From Octopus sinensis (taxonomy: Eukaryota), in contig NW_021836133.1 of NCBI RefSeq assembly GCF_006345805.1, positions 188,148 through 252,147 of the forward strand: 64,000 nucleotides of DNA, given 5' to 3'. The notes beneath the pieces are model-generated. The model saw nothing but the letters and a program-made list of their open reading frames with translations, did no database searches and was not told the origin of the DNA. Position 1 is the first letter of the stretch. Each line of letters opens with the position of its first letter. Made by a program: the position numbers and the translations under genes. Shown in pieces: positions 51,691-64,000 of the stretch.

Positions 51691-52224
51691 ACATCAACCA
51701 CAAAAAGTAATGACAAACTACACGTCATATAATACGTTATTTTAGGAATTAAATAAAATCTTAAAATTAAAAAAAAAATAAAATTATAATTTTAGTTATT
51801 TGCATTCAAATTACACTGTTTCAAATTATTTGTCATTGTCTCCTCATTATAATAAACTTTGGAAAATAATCAGATAGATAGTGTGCTTCTATACTGAAAC
51901 ATCAATTCTCATTCTGATTAACAAGGTTACTTGATTATCTTTTAGCAGTTGTACGAGGACAATGTTGCCAGATAAGCTATTTAAATTAAACGTGTTTATT
52001 TTATTTTTTAATTATTGATTTTTTTCAAATTGGCTCTAAAATTTTTATTTACCAAAAATGGCCAATTTGCAATGGTTCACTGTATCGATATTTTTCATCC
52101 CTATCAAAAAATTGATTTTTGTGTATAAAGAATCAACATTGATCCCAAACTTTATGAAGTTTATGTCTAATCCAGAATTTATATGTGAGGTACAGAAAAG
52201 TCTTCGAGCTAACTTGAGTTATCA

Positions 52225-52470
52225 AACATGCTCCAATTATTCTCATACGATATTTGACCGCACTATACAATGCAAACTGACGTACCGGACTCTTGGAAAA
52301 AGTATGACGTATGATTCCAAAGCCTGGAAAAATGAAGGACCATGCAGAGAACTATCGGTCAATAAGCCTAATATGCTCCGTCTCTAAAATTATGGAACGG
52401 ATTGTCTTCACAAGGCTTTCGAACTTCGTAGAGGAATCAGGTACACTTGCAGCGGAGCAGTGAGGATTCC
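52225..52470 (+). mobile_element. I/Jockey-like RT N-terminal fragment
   Basis: IPKPGK..AENYRSISLICSVSKIMERIVFTRL..Q*GFRR. Confidence 0.8.
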
Positions 52471-53430
52471 GACGAAAAGATCCTACGGGAATTGTTCTAT
52501 ATGGCTACATACAAGTCCTCATCTATATGGCTTGGAAATGGAAATAACTCATCGCGCAATGAAGGATTGGCATGTTTTCTTCAGGATCGGAATATTTTCT
52601 TTTCCAGCAAAGAACTGGTCTCAAGGTGCCCTCATTGTAAAGCGGCGAAGAAAACAGTGGATCATCTGGCCACTAGATGTGAACGTATGCTGTATCTTGA
52701 CTACACGATACGTCATAATGAAGTTTACGCTGTTTGCATTTCCATTTTTGTCGTCTTTATGGATTGAAGAATCAGAAAAGGTTGAAGACACATTCGGTGC
52801 AGGAGGTTATATCGAATGAAAGAGTTGAGGTACGGGTGGATACTCGAATCGAGACTGATTCTACCGTTCGTTATAACAAACCTGATTTATTGGTATATGA
52901 TAAAAAAGAGAACGTAATTTGGATTGTGGTGTGGGAATTACTTTTTAAGATAATTTACAGCGAGTAGAACTTGAAAAGTTAAGAAAATATGATTTGCTTG
53001 CTAATGAATTATCCCTGATCCACAAGGCCAAAGCGAATATAATTCCTGTTGTCCTTACATGGGATGGCATTGTGTCTAAATATTAAAAAAATATTTGGAG
53101 TCGATCAGAGTGAGGGAACATCTGATTGCTTATATGCAATCAATTGTGCTTAAGCGTACGATGGAGAGCACAGTGCTGGACTTTCGGAGAGGTCTTTCGC
53201 AAATAGATTATGAAGCCCGGGTTGAGGAGGTACTTTCAAAATACGAGAAAGCTAACGGGATCGGTGACCGAGAGATCGCGGTGCGTCGACTCTTCGAGGA
53301 TGCCTACCATGTTCCTTTTCTGGATGGTTCGAAACGAGTTAAAATTGACGGAAGTGTGGGCCCTGGGATGATAGATCTGGAAGATAGTGGAGCTCGTAAA
53401 GTGGACTCCGAAGGCTGAAGGGTCTTATAA
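52470..53430 (+). mobile_element. R2/R4-like (RLE) retroelement, 3' part
   Basis: CPHCKAAKKTVDHLATRC..RHNEV, NKPDLLVYDKK, EKLRKYDLLANEL and VLTWDG. Confidence 0.85.
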
Positions 53431-53499
53431 GTAATTATTTGTTAACATTTGTTTTGTTTCAAGCGTGTCTATACATCAATATTAACAATTAGTTAAATA

Positions 53500-54515
53500 T
53501 TTTAGAGAAATATTCTATTTTTTAATTTATAAAAAAAGCGTGGAACTATGCGTATTGTGAAGCTCAGCAAAGAAATTCTTGAAAAAAAAATCAGAGAAAA
53601 CCAAGAAGAAAACACATTAGACGACAGTCCCAGCAGAAAACAACGATTTAGGCTAAAGCAGCTTGCGAAAAACATATGCTTTGAAAATGGAAATGTATTC
53701 TTTATTAAGAATTCAACCAAATTGTGATTTTTCGCAGAGGATGACATTGAGTTGAAGCTTAAATGCATTGAGGTATTGGATTAATTAACATTAATTAGGC
53801 GGAACATAATTATAATCATTTTGGTAGTCGTAGGCCTAGAGATAGATATATAGCAGATCTCATTGATCTTCGCAGATATCCTGAAATTAACGATAAATTC
53901 TCTTGGGTATTTGAGATGAGATATTTAATATAAAGATTCTTGTAATCGTTGATTCCTTCTCGAAATATGTAGTTTTCGAATTATCAAAGTCGAAATCTGC
54001 GGTAGAAATAGCTAACCTATTCCAAAATATTTTTTATTACATCGGACCACCAATCATCCTCCAAACAGACAATGGAAAAGAATTCTGTAATTCGTTAATT
54101 GACGAAGTCTGTGAAAAATATTCGATCAAGCATGTGCGTGGTAAAGCACGAGCGCCCTGGATACAAGGGCAAGTAGAGAGGTTGCCTGATGGTTTTAATT
54201 TTTAAGATTCAACCAAAGCATAAAACGTTGGATATCTTCGACGGGAGAAGATGATACGAAATGATAGACGGGAGAAGATGGAAATATGATGAAGATTCCA
54301 TAAAAGTCAAAGCTACAGTATTACTAAGGTATTAATTTTTTAATATATTTCCAAGACAAGACAATGATGCCAATATTCGAAGGTTCCCATTATACGATGG
54401 ATTATCAAACAACAAATATGTTGTGGTAGATCAACAAAATGACATGTACTTGATCGAAGATGAGAATGGTGAAAAAACTAACGTACATATATCAAGAATT
54501 ACAAAAATTGACTAA
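53500..54515 (+). mobile_element. Ginger/Gin-like integrase, decayed, with micro-introns
   Basis: CIE/AEHNYNHFG, IADLIDLR and ILQTDNGKEFCN..GKARAPWIQGQVER/FNQSIKRW. 26-nt GT-AG introns at 53773-53798 and 54181-54206. Confidence 0.8.
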
Positions 54516-54559
54516 CGATTTTGTTTAAATGTGCAAAATATATTGCAAATGAATACATA

Positions 54560-55770
54560 GGATCATTTAGGAACAAATTCAAGTTTTCCATCAATGTTTA
54601 TTTTCTAGAGAACAATAACCGATGAAACTCAAATTCGAAACAAACGTTATGTCGCCGTTTTGATGGGATCAATAAAACTCCCTACAATTACTTATTTGGT
54701 CTCATTCAAGCCAATCGAATCCGCGCCAACAAAAAATATCATAGCACAGATCGTTGATGATTCCATTCGAAACCTTATGGTTGAACGGGATAATTTTATG
54801 CTTCTCATTTCCGATGCTGCACGGTATATGACATCCGGTATTGTTTTAATTAATTGATGATTTAGCCGGGAAAATTTTAAAAAATTTATATCCCAATCTT
54901 TTTCATGTTAATTGCGTCACCCATATTTTGCATAATTGTTCAATGGAGGTCAGAAAATCTTATCAGAAGTTGATGATGTGATAGCTAGCGTGCAAGCTTC
55001 TGTCAGGAAGAACCACAAGCGAAAATTGTTGTTTTACGAAATTGGAATTCCTCCGAAAGTTGTGTTGACGAGATGGGGCACCTGGTTAAAGGCTGCATCT
55101 TTTTATTCAAGAAATTTAATCTCAGTGATTAACATTTTTGATTTGATTGAGGACAAAGGAATACTAGTGACTGCCACCAAAAATGCATTGAAAATTGAAA
55201 AGCTAGTAAAACGCTTATGTGCAATTTCGCATAACTATTCACATATTCCAGGTTTTTCATATAGTAATTAATCTCATAGAGAAAATATTACAACTTGATA
55301 GTAACAAATGTACAATAGAATTTGCATATTCAACGTTAAGTACACTTGACTTCGGGTAGGATGAAGCAGGGATCAAAAAATATTTAGAGAAGAGAATTTT
55401 AGAGAGCGATATGACTAAAATTATTAATATGGATAATAAAAATATCTCTCCGGAAGATTATTCGTTACTTCAAAACTGTCAACCATCCTCGGCACCTATC
55501 GAACGATGCTTTTCGCAATTTAGGAGTTTTATGAGGTCAAACAGAAACTTTTCTACACAAAATTCGGAAAATTATGTTATGTCCATTTTCAATAAATAGT
55601 CTTTAAAGTATTTTATTGTTTCTTATTTATACTTTACAGGTTTTACCTGAGAATAAATAAAGTTAAATTTTTTTAATTTTAAGGTTAAAAATTTTGGTTT
55701 ATAGGTTAATAAAGTTAACTTTTAAGGTTAAATTTTTCAATTTTTAAGGTTACAAAAATGTTGGCCCTAG
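54560..55770 (+). mobile_element. hAT-like (CGGBP1/DUF659-type) transposase remnant with a micro-intron
   Basis: LLISDAARYMTS/AGKILKNLYPNLFHVNCVTHILHNC, TRWGTWLKAA and SAPIERCFS. 28-nt intron at 54838-54865; ends ggccctag. Confidence 0.75.
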
Positions 55771-55779
55771 TTATAACAT

Positions 55780-56478
55780 ATCTGTCCATTCAGTTTCTAA
55801 CGAAAGTCCTTTTAAAAGATATCGAGAAATAAAGGGAATAAATTCAATAATCCATGGTTATACATATATCTTATGTCTTTGATAATTTAAGTGATGAGTG
55901 TGTGACTTTGGAAGAAATGGATTCCTTCAAAAAGTGTTTGTCAGAAAAATCGCCCCGGGCAAAAAATGCTAAAAGACCGGTTTATTGTATTTCTTATATT
56001 TTAGATTTTCTTTGTTGCTGTGTGCAAATATGACGGGGACAGATAAAAAAAGTCCATTGATGATTGGAAAATTTAAGAAACCTGGATGCTTTAAGAATTT
56101 TAATGTGGAAAAATATATTGATTATAGACATTCTGAAAGGTCGTGGATGACTAGCAAAATTTCCAACGAATGGCTTCTTTCATGGGATCGTGATCTTCAA
56201 AAAAAATTCTGGTTGTTGTGGATCGATGCCCTTCACATGAAATTTACTCGAATTTAGTATCAATTGAACTGCTATACCTTCCTGCAAAAACGACCACAAT
56301 TTTACAACCCATGGATCAGGGAATCATCCGCTCATTTAAAGCGAACTTTAACAAAATTAAATTTGATGCGATGTTAGAGAAAATTGCCAATGAAACTGAT
56401 CCTGTCGATTCACACAAGAAGCTGAATTTAAAAGACGGTCTTTGTTTACGTATTTTGGATGGAAAAATGTTACTCTGA
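55780..56478 (+). mobile_element. pogo/Tigger DDE fragment with a 25-nt intron
   Basis: KMLKDR/FSLLLCANMTG, WMTSK, DRCPSH and LQPMDQGII. Intron at 55980-56004. Confidence 0.85.
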
Positions 56479-58310
56479 GATCATCCGTTCGGAGACCGGC
56501 GTGCAATAGGGTGATCCGCTAGGGCCACTCCTCTTCGCGATGACAATCGATGAGGCAGCTCGACTTGCTGTCTCTCCGCTCTTACTCTTTCCAGCATCGG
56601 GACGTGACTAGACGATGCCGTCTCGATCTGGATGTTTGCGCAAAACACCGCTGCAGATTCGGTGAGGACGTTTACAAAAAGGGACTGCACCCACTTTCCT
56701 GCAAGAGGAGCGCAGGCAGGGAACACAGACACAAGGCCTCAATGAAATCTTGAAAGCTAATCTCAAATCAGCGGGCCATTCGTGCCTCCTCGAACCGGTC
56801 GGACTCGATCGGGGAGATGGCAAAAGGCCTGACGGGATGACAATATTCCCTTACTCGTCGGGGACGCTGACGACATTATTATTGCCTCAAAACACGAAGA
56901 CTACAAAGCTGCCTCCTTCAACCTTCAGCAACAACTCCACTCCGTTGAGAATTGGCTCAGAGAAAACAGGCTCGAGGCCTCGTCCTCGGTCACCCTATTA
57001 TCTTCCGACAGAAGACAATCAAACATACATCCCAACCTATCTCTCTTTGGCTCTGTTCTCCCACTATCAAAACACCCCACTGTTCTCGGACTAACCTTCG
57101 ACCTAACGATGTCCTTCAATAAACATGTCTCGAAGATCTCTGACAAGGCTAACAGGCGTACAAATATTTTGAACGCAATAAGTGGTCGCATCACTGGTGC
57201 GCAGAAACCACTTCTCAAACGTGTGTATAAACAATACATTCGCCCTGTCCTAAGCTACGCGAGTCCGAGTTGGGCTCCCTGTCTTTCTATGAGCTCCTCT
57301 GTGGCTCTCCAATCAATTCAAAACAAAGCCATGCGCATCATATCCGGGTGCCTGAAATCAACACCCATCGACCATCTGCACTGTGAAACCAACCTCCTCC
57401 CGATAGAGGAACATCTAAACATGAGAGGAGCACAATTCCTATTCGCTTCGCGAAAACTCTACCACCCTTGCACTGCCCTAAACACGCTAAATGACAACGG
57501 CCGTGCATTGAAGAACACGCCTGCCAAACTATACTCCCGGGTACTTGCCAAAATCAATGGCCTAAACCAATGTTCACAGCCAAAGAAAAAAATCCACGAC
57601 TTCATTTCAACGTCGTCCATTCTAAGGCTGAAGCCTAACTCTGTCCTCAACAAACTTCCTCCGGAAGTTCACCCCTCCGAAATGCTTCTGGAGCGTTCCG
57701 CTCAGATCAACCTTGCTCGTTTCCGCTCGGGCCACCACCACTCACTAAACTCCTACGCTCACTCATTGAACGTCGTGATCTCCCCGGTATGCAACCTCTG
57801 CTGTGCCGAAGATCACTCAACTGATCACCTTTTCCGCTGCCCTGTTCTCCTCCCTGTCCGCAGGAAATTTGCTGTCCACTCCCCCGAGGTCCTTTGGGAG
57901 CAACCCGCGAAGGCGCTGTTGTTTCTGCTAGCCGCCGGTCTCATACCCTAATGTGAGACCGGGGTTATGCAACAACAACAACAACTCGTCGGGGAAGGCC
58001 CTCGTATGGGATGTTACCGTTGTGGTACCTTTTCAAAATCGAGGATCCATTCTTCCGCCGCAAACCCTTGTTCGGCTGCAAACCACGCCGAAAGGATCAA
58101 AATACAAAAATATTCTTCGCTCGCGGACCGCTACCGCGTTACGGCAATCACCCTGGAGACCGCTGGAGCTGCGGGAAAGGAGACTGACTCGTTCCTCAAC
58201 GAGGTCGGGCAGTCCATTGGGAGAAAAGTCAAGGACACGAGAGAGGGCCTCTGGTTCCGCCAGCGCATCGGTCTGGCCATTGTTCGGGGCCAATCGACCA
58301 ATTTTACTAT
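56479..58310 (+). mobile_element. CRE-like element, internally deleted, split by a LINE
   Basis: GVQ*GDPLGPLLF is joined directly to the C-terminal region. FPYSSG/KALVWD is restored on removing 56865-57995. Confidence 0.85.
56865..57983 (+). mobile_element. 5'-truncated I/Jockey-group LINE with a (CAA)n tail
   Basis: Begins at (Y)ADD and includes LGLTFD, ORF 57109-57951 and CCHC CNLC..HSTDHLFRC. Tail caacaacaacaacaa. 12-bp TSD actcgtcgggga at 56853-56864 and 57984-57995. Confidence 0.95.
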
Positions 58311-58520
58311 AAAAAACCATTCGATTATTTGAAAACATTGGATTTTAAAGAAGACGTGTGTGGAATAAAAAATTATATTATCAAAAGGATGAATTCCAAT
58401 GATATCACAAAAATTATGAATTTCGATGATCATTCCATTTCTCCTTTAGATTATTCTTTGTTGATTGAATGTCAGGCAACATCGTGCGCAGTAGAACGAT
58501 CATTTTCGATTCTGAGAAAG
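58310..58520 (+). mobile_element. hAT-like C-terminal fragment, same family as 54560-55770
   Basis: ISPLDYSLLIECQATSCAVERSFSILRK. Confidence 0.7.
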
Positions 58521-58529
58521 TAAAATCAA

Positions 58530-60070
58530 TCCCACGTGATTTACGAAAGCCAACAAGAAAACGCCTTATCAGTTACTAAAGAATGAAATTTTTAATGGGA
58601 TTAATTCAGCAATCTGGGAATTTTCCAAATCCAATTATCCAAAAAATTTAGATGACATTACAGATTTTGTATATGTGGGGCAATTAACTTATGAATACCT
58701 GACAATGTCGACTCGAAGAAAAAGCAACTGGAGTGAGCGCATTAATGAAAAACTGATTAATCTGAATACGAAGTTGGATCAAATTAATTCATTCGACTTA
58801 CAGAAAAATACCAAAAATTTGATGATGAGATTAGAGAAACTCTTGAGTACAGATACAAAAAGTCTAAGAAGGGAGAATTTGAAAGAATTTCGTCTTACAT
58901 TCAGGATGAAATAAAAATTTTGAAAAAAACTCAGAATCCACGAGTCAAGAAAGGAGTTCAGAAAACAAAATTGGTGTTTTGAACTTAACAGAAGATATTT
59001 TTACAGAAATTTGAGTGGGGATAAGAAAAATGTTAAATTCGAATTTGACGAGGATGATTGTTTATCTTTTTGGAAAGAAGTATGGAAAGAACGTGAAAGG
59101 AATGAAGAAACATTTACGTTAAATAACAGATCTACTGGTGCTGAAGCCACACATGCAGATTTCACTAAAGAATTCATTATCGATGTGATTAATGTATCAC
59201 CAAACTGGAGAGCAGCTGGGTGTGATGGAGTATATAATTTCTTTATAAAGAAATTTACTTTATAAAGAGATTTATATAGTCTGTTATGCAACGTGCTACT
59301 ATCTCGATGTGTGCTCTACCTGAACAAGAAGAAACTAACTTTTTAATGGTCAACGGAAACAGTGTAACCACTGTAAGAGTAAGGCAATGACCGTTGACCA
59401 TTTAGCCACGAAGTGCGGGAGTATGCTTTACCATGATTACACATGGAGGCATAACGAGGTGGTGAGGTCCCTCAATCTTCTGCTCTGCAATAAGTATGGC
59501 TTTAGGCGGTCCAGAAAGTTGCGAACCCATCGAGTTCAATCGGTGTGTGAGAACTCGCGGGTGTGCATTAAGGTGGATACCCCCACACGCACCTCGATTG
59601 TTGTCCAGCACAACAGACCCGACATTGTGGTCCACGATAAGGTCGCCGGGGAGATTGTTATCGTGGAGGTGGGCATCACGTGCCCAGACCGTTTGCAGAT
59701 AGTGGAAGTGGAGAAAAGGAGGAAGTATGACCTCCTTGCAAACGAACTAGGACTGATGCACCAGTGCAAAGTCCATGTCATCCCGTGTGTGATGACATGG
59801 GATGGACTGGTCACCAAATACCACAAGCGGTAATTAAGACAGTTGAATGTAGATAAGTCTCTACAGGCTTATATACAGTCAACTGTTCTTAAGAGGACTC
59901 TGGAAAGTGTCTCGTTTGATGCTCGCCGATCCAGCCCTTTCCAGACGTTTAGTCAGCGAGAAGCGCTGGACTGCACCTTCTCGAAGGTCTACAGTGCCAG
60001 AGAAGAGGAGGAAGAAGGGGAGGAGGTGCGGGGAGTGCCACCTTCTGCTCACTTCGAAGGCTCTGGACTT
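58530..60070 (+). mobile_element. R2/R4-like (RLE) retroelement lacking most of RT
   Basis: FELNRRYFYRNL, PNWRAAGCDGVYNFFIKK (RT start) then directly C..C..TVDHLATKC..RHNEVV, NRPDIVVHD, EVGIT, EKRRKYDLLANEL and MTWDG. Confidence 0.88.
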
Positions 60071-60294
60071 AGTTAGTAAAATTACTTAGTTAATTAGTTT
60101 CTTTTTTAATAAAGGTCTCTGGAGATAAAGAGATTTATCACCAAATAAGTGTGTGTCCTCAACATCGCCAATGGCTGTCAGTACCTCGAAAATAAAGAGG
60201 CGAGCTTGCCTACCTGCATCACTTTGCGAATAGAGAATATAGCGACCAGAAGGAGAAGTTTAAATAATTAAAAAATACTAGAAACAGATCAAAA

Positions 60295-60840
60295 TATTAG
60301 AAAAAATCAGAATAGTAAAAAAAATCAAAATAATAGAAAAATCAAAATAAACAATAAAATACTAGAAAGAAGTAAATTGAAAAAAGTTTGTATGAGTGCA
60401 TATTAATTAAATGATAAAATGAATACAAATTCACTTGCAAAATATACTTTATGCAAGATATTTTACCAGCAATCAATTTAATTAATAGTCAAACAAATAA
60501 AAAAACAAAAAATTATAAAATTAAAACATAAAAGCACGAAAAAATAAAATAAGAATTAACTGCATACATTCACAACAAAAGAAAATAATATAACGTGCGT
60601 AATAATTTATTGTAGTTAATTCGATAAATTAAAAACATTTAAAAAATAAAATAAATAACATTTAATGTCATCAATCTGTATTATTTCAGCTCGTCAATTG
60701 TAAGGGCAAAAAGAAATTGTTCAACAAGGATCCTTTTCTGTAAACCTGCCACTAAAAAGACGATTTTGTCTCCAAAAAACAAGTTTGTTGAGCCATAGGA
60801 AAAATGCTGGAATTTCCACATCCTTAGATACAAAATTGAT
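60295..60840. repeat. Dispersed AT-rich repeat, copy B (copy A at 47617-48156)
   Basis: Colinear match to copy A. Confidence 0.9.
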
Positions 60841-60859
60841 GTATATATATATTTTCGCG

Positions 60860-62121
60860 AATTTCGCGATTGTCTTGAAATGGCACATTTGAATCCTTTA
60901 AAAATGTTTTCAATTGCTACAGATGGATGTCCTTCTATGGTTGGATGGAAAACTGGGTTTCAAGGTCTCGTAGCTGGATGGCGAGTAGATGATGAGTTGA
61001 GTCCTGTGATTTGGCATCACTGCATCCTGCATCAAGAAAATTTATCCGCGAAATCTATGAAAATGGACCATGTTACAGAAACGGTCATTTCGATCGTAAA
61101 TTTTATTCGATCCCGTGCTTTAAATCATCGGAATTTCAAGATATTTCTCGAGGATGTTGACGCCAAGTATGGAGATTTGCTTATGCATACAACTGTACGA
61201 TGGTTGAGTCGGGCAGCATGTCTAAAAAGGTTATATAAATTTAAACTAAATCGCATTTAGATTTTATGACCTTCTCCCGGAGATTATGCATTTTATTGAC
61301 AATAAGATATTTTATCCTCAGCTTACTGATAAGGAGTGGATTGCAGATTTAGCATTTATGGTAGATATTTCTACGCACCTTTCAATTTTGAATACTTCTT
61401 TGCAGGGTAAGGGCAAACTATGTCATGAATTGTACGGAATGGTTTCTGCATTTATCGAAAAACTACACCTTTGGAATATACAAATTGAAAGTAGAGTTAC
61501 CATTCATTTCCCAATACTTTCAAATCACAGGGAAGATGGATCCTACAAAAATATATCTGCGTTATTAGTGACTTAATCGATGAATTCGAAACACGTTTTA
61601 ATGATTTTAAAGAAGCTTTACCTATTATGAAAATATTTTTGTCACCTATGGAAGCAGATGCTGCAACCGCTCCATACATATATCAACTGGAACTAATTGA
61701 AATGCAGGCAAATTTACAACTTACCGCGCTATTTAAGTCAAGTGAACTATTGGATTTTTGGGGGTCGAATTCCACAGTGGAAATATCCGAACTTGGTCGA
61801 TAATGCTCAAAAAAATGCATCAGTCTTCGGATCAACGTATACATGTGAAGCTCTTTTCACCAAACTTACGCAAATAAAAACAAAGTATCGAAATCGATTG
61901 ACTGATGGACACCTAAATCAACTTTTACGCACATCGTGTTCGACTTTTACTCTCTGTTTCGACAAAATAATAGACGCCAAACAGAATCAAGTCTCGCATT
62001 GATTTTTATTACTTAATAAAGCCTTCTTTTCATTAATAACATAAAATATTTTTTGTGCGGCCCGTAAAGATATTCTTAATTATCGATTTGGCCCATGAGC
62101 TAAAAAAGTTGAGAACCCCTG
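60860..62121 (+). mobile_element. hAT (GTF2IRD2/Buster-like) 3' half with right TIR
   Basis: ATDGCPSM, HCILHQ, VRWLSR, WIADLAFMVD and FGSTYTCEALF. Ends gttgagaacccctg. Confidence 0.9.
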
Positions 62122-62884
62122 GTCTTGACTCATCAAGCATTAGTGTTGATGCATGTAGGGAAAATTTTTAAGACATTGGTTAATAGCATCCGGACTAATA
62201 TTTATCCGAAATTTAGAAAAAACCATGTTTTTTAACTTTAATAGTGTCAATGATAGATTATCATTGGCCAAACCAAAAAATATTGCTTATGTTAATCATT
62301 CAATTTGTAAGAATAATTATTACCACGAGATTTGCTCTCAATATCTCTGGATTTTCTCAAGAAAAGTATTCGACTTATGAGGATTGAGGCATATTTAGAT
62401 AATTTCTTTATTAGATTTTCAATTAATTGAATGTTCAACGATCAGTTTTCTTTGTCGAAAGGGATTTTGTATTTTTTGTAATCCTTGCTTATTTGTGGAT
62501 TTAAAGCTAATTTTAGAGCTTCGAGATTATACTTGATGCGTCAACATTAATGTTTGCTTTTGACGTGAAAAGCACCAAAAAACTATATATTAGATACTAT
62601 ACTCCAATATACCAAGGATTGCAAAGAATTAATCATTTATTTAAATTAATCTATTATAACTTTTTTCCAGGTTCTAGAACGTTTTACACTTTTCGGAAAT
62701 ATTCTTATGTATAGTCCTTAAATATATCAAAATACAAATTTATTAGTGAAAACAGGTTTTAATAAGTTTTTTAGCATCAACAGCACAGTCAGATTCAAAA
62801 TTATTTAGCGTAAAGTTTCATTTTATATCTGTGTAATTAAGCGAAGTATTTCTGATTTTTATTTAGTTCATTAAAATTGGGATA

Positions 62885-63031
62885 CAGTCTAACCTCCGTT
62901 TGGAATGAGGTCTTTTTGGTAAGGATTTTATAAATTTTCTTATAAATTTTCGAAATGTTCCAAATCTCAAAAATGTATCAAAAACAGAGGTTTTCCACGC
63001 CTCAAGGTCCGTTCCAAAAAAGGTAAGACTG
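62885..63031. mobile_element. pogo-type MITE (147 bp)
   Basis: Imperfect TIRs cagtctaacctccgtttggaa / ttccaaaaaaggtaagactg with TA on both sides. Confidence 0.65.
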
Positions 63032-63239
63032 TATTTAATAACTCACTATCTCCTACCATCAAAACTTTTATTTAATTACACAAACAAACACTATGTTTGA
63101 TTGACACATCATTTTCTTAATTTGCCATTTCAAAATAAACTTAGCAGTCACGTGTCTTTAAACAGATAGGCCCAATTAAAATTTAGTTATTGTGTCCTGA
63201 ATTATTAAAGTATCGGGATTAAGAAGAATAGCATGCACA

Positions 63240-64000
63240 GACTGCACCAGCCATGAAATCAAAACTCATATCCACTATTATATATTACACCCTTATTCCA
63301 AAAAGGGAAGGACATAAAAGCAATATACCTTTCCTGATTCCTTTACCGACCTCTGCACCACTAACTGTATTGTTTTGAGCTGCAGAATTAATTTCTTTGG
63401 TCTCCAATGGTATTGTTTTGTATTTTCTTTCATTTTTCGGGATTAATTTCTTGGCTTCCACTCGTATTGTCAATATTTTCATCATCTTCGGAATTAGTTT
63501 CTTGGTTTCCAATTGTATTGTCATATTTTCTCATCTTTCAAATTAGTTTTTGGTGTTCACTTGTATTTTCTTCATTTAGTCTCAATGCCTCAACAATACT
63601 TTCTCTTTCAAATCTTAATTCTCTGAATCTTTGATTCAATTCAGCCTTGGATAACATTGGGATAACATTTCTATATTACAAATAAAAAGACTACAATTTA
63701 TTTTCCGGTTTTAAATACTGTCAGGGTCATCAATATCTTCAAAATTCATTATTTTGAGTAATTTGTATATGATAATTCCGGGTTTATATTGCTTATATTA
63801 AAACACTGAATATACTTGACATTTGGGATCGTTAAACATTCCATCGACTATAAATGTGTTATATTACCTTAACCATTCGTTGAACTATTAAGGAATACAT
63901 TCAATCTTCCAACTCTATTAATAACATGATATCCTTCATCACTAGCTGAACTACATTTGACTGACACGGAGTTCAACTCAACACTCACAGAAATATCTTA
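63240..64000 (-). CDS. Unassigned multi-exon gene or relic with about 16-aa Asn/Glu-rich repeats; runs off the window end
   Basis: MLSKAELNQRFRELRFERESIVEALRLNEEN, then DNTIGNQETNSEDDENIDNTSGSQEINPE (about 48-bp repeats) with frameshifts. A candidate 20-nt intron lies near 63860. Confidence 0.4.

Noticed and set aside
60150-60260. IANGCQYLENK..NIATR resembling tyrosine kinase subdomain VI
   Set aside because: The HRD motif is missing and the fragment is isolated; cannot be supported without a search.

Overview
AT-rich eukaryotic DNA with animal-type genes interrupted by very short spliceosomal introns (mostly 22-32 nt). The automatic ORF track misses most real genes, which I rebuilt by hand across these introns. 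A compact five-gene island lies at 4.4-9.8 kb: WASH1, TSEN54, SRA1, an LRRC27-like LRR gene and archease. ATG9 at 24.9-26.8 kb looks intact. There are also a PRMT5 relic and a 5'-truncated, deletion-riddled DNAH1-like axonemal dynein pseudogene (27.8-37.2 kb). The rest is a nested transposon graveyard: pogo/Tigger, Tc1, hAT (Buster-type and CGGBP1/DUF659-like), Ginger/TDD-like integrases, and CRE-like, R2/R4-like (RLE) and I/Jockey-like non-LTR retroelements. Inference only: micro-introns, metazoan genes, ciliary dynein and the standard genetic code fit a highly reduced ciliated animal parasite such as a dicyemid. Several 1-bp losses in otherwise conserved genes, most in A-runs, suggest long-read consensus errors, so single frameshifts are weak evidence of pseudogenisation here. 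The most unusual signals are a mirror-image GC-skew flip at the midpoint of ATG9, host-sized micro-introns inside transposases of three DNA-transposon superfamilies, and a CRE retroelement with a twin-priming-like 5' inversion. All protein identities rest on motif recall, not database searches.
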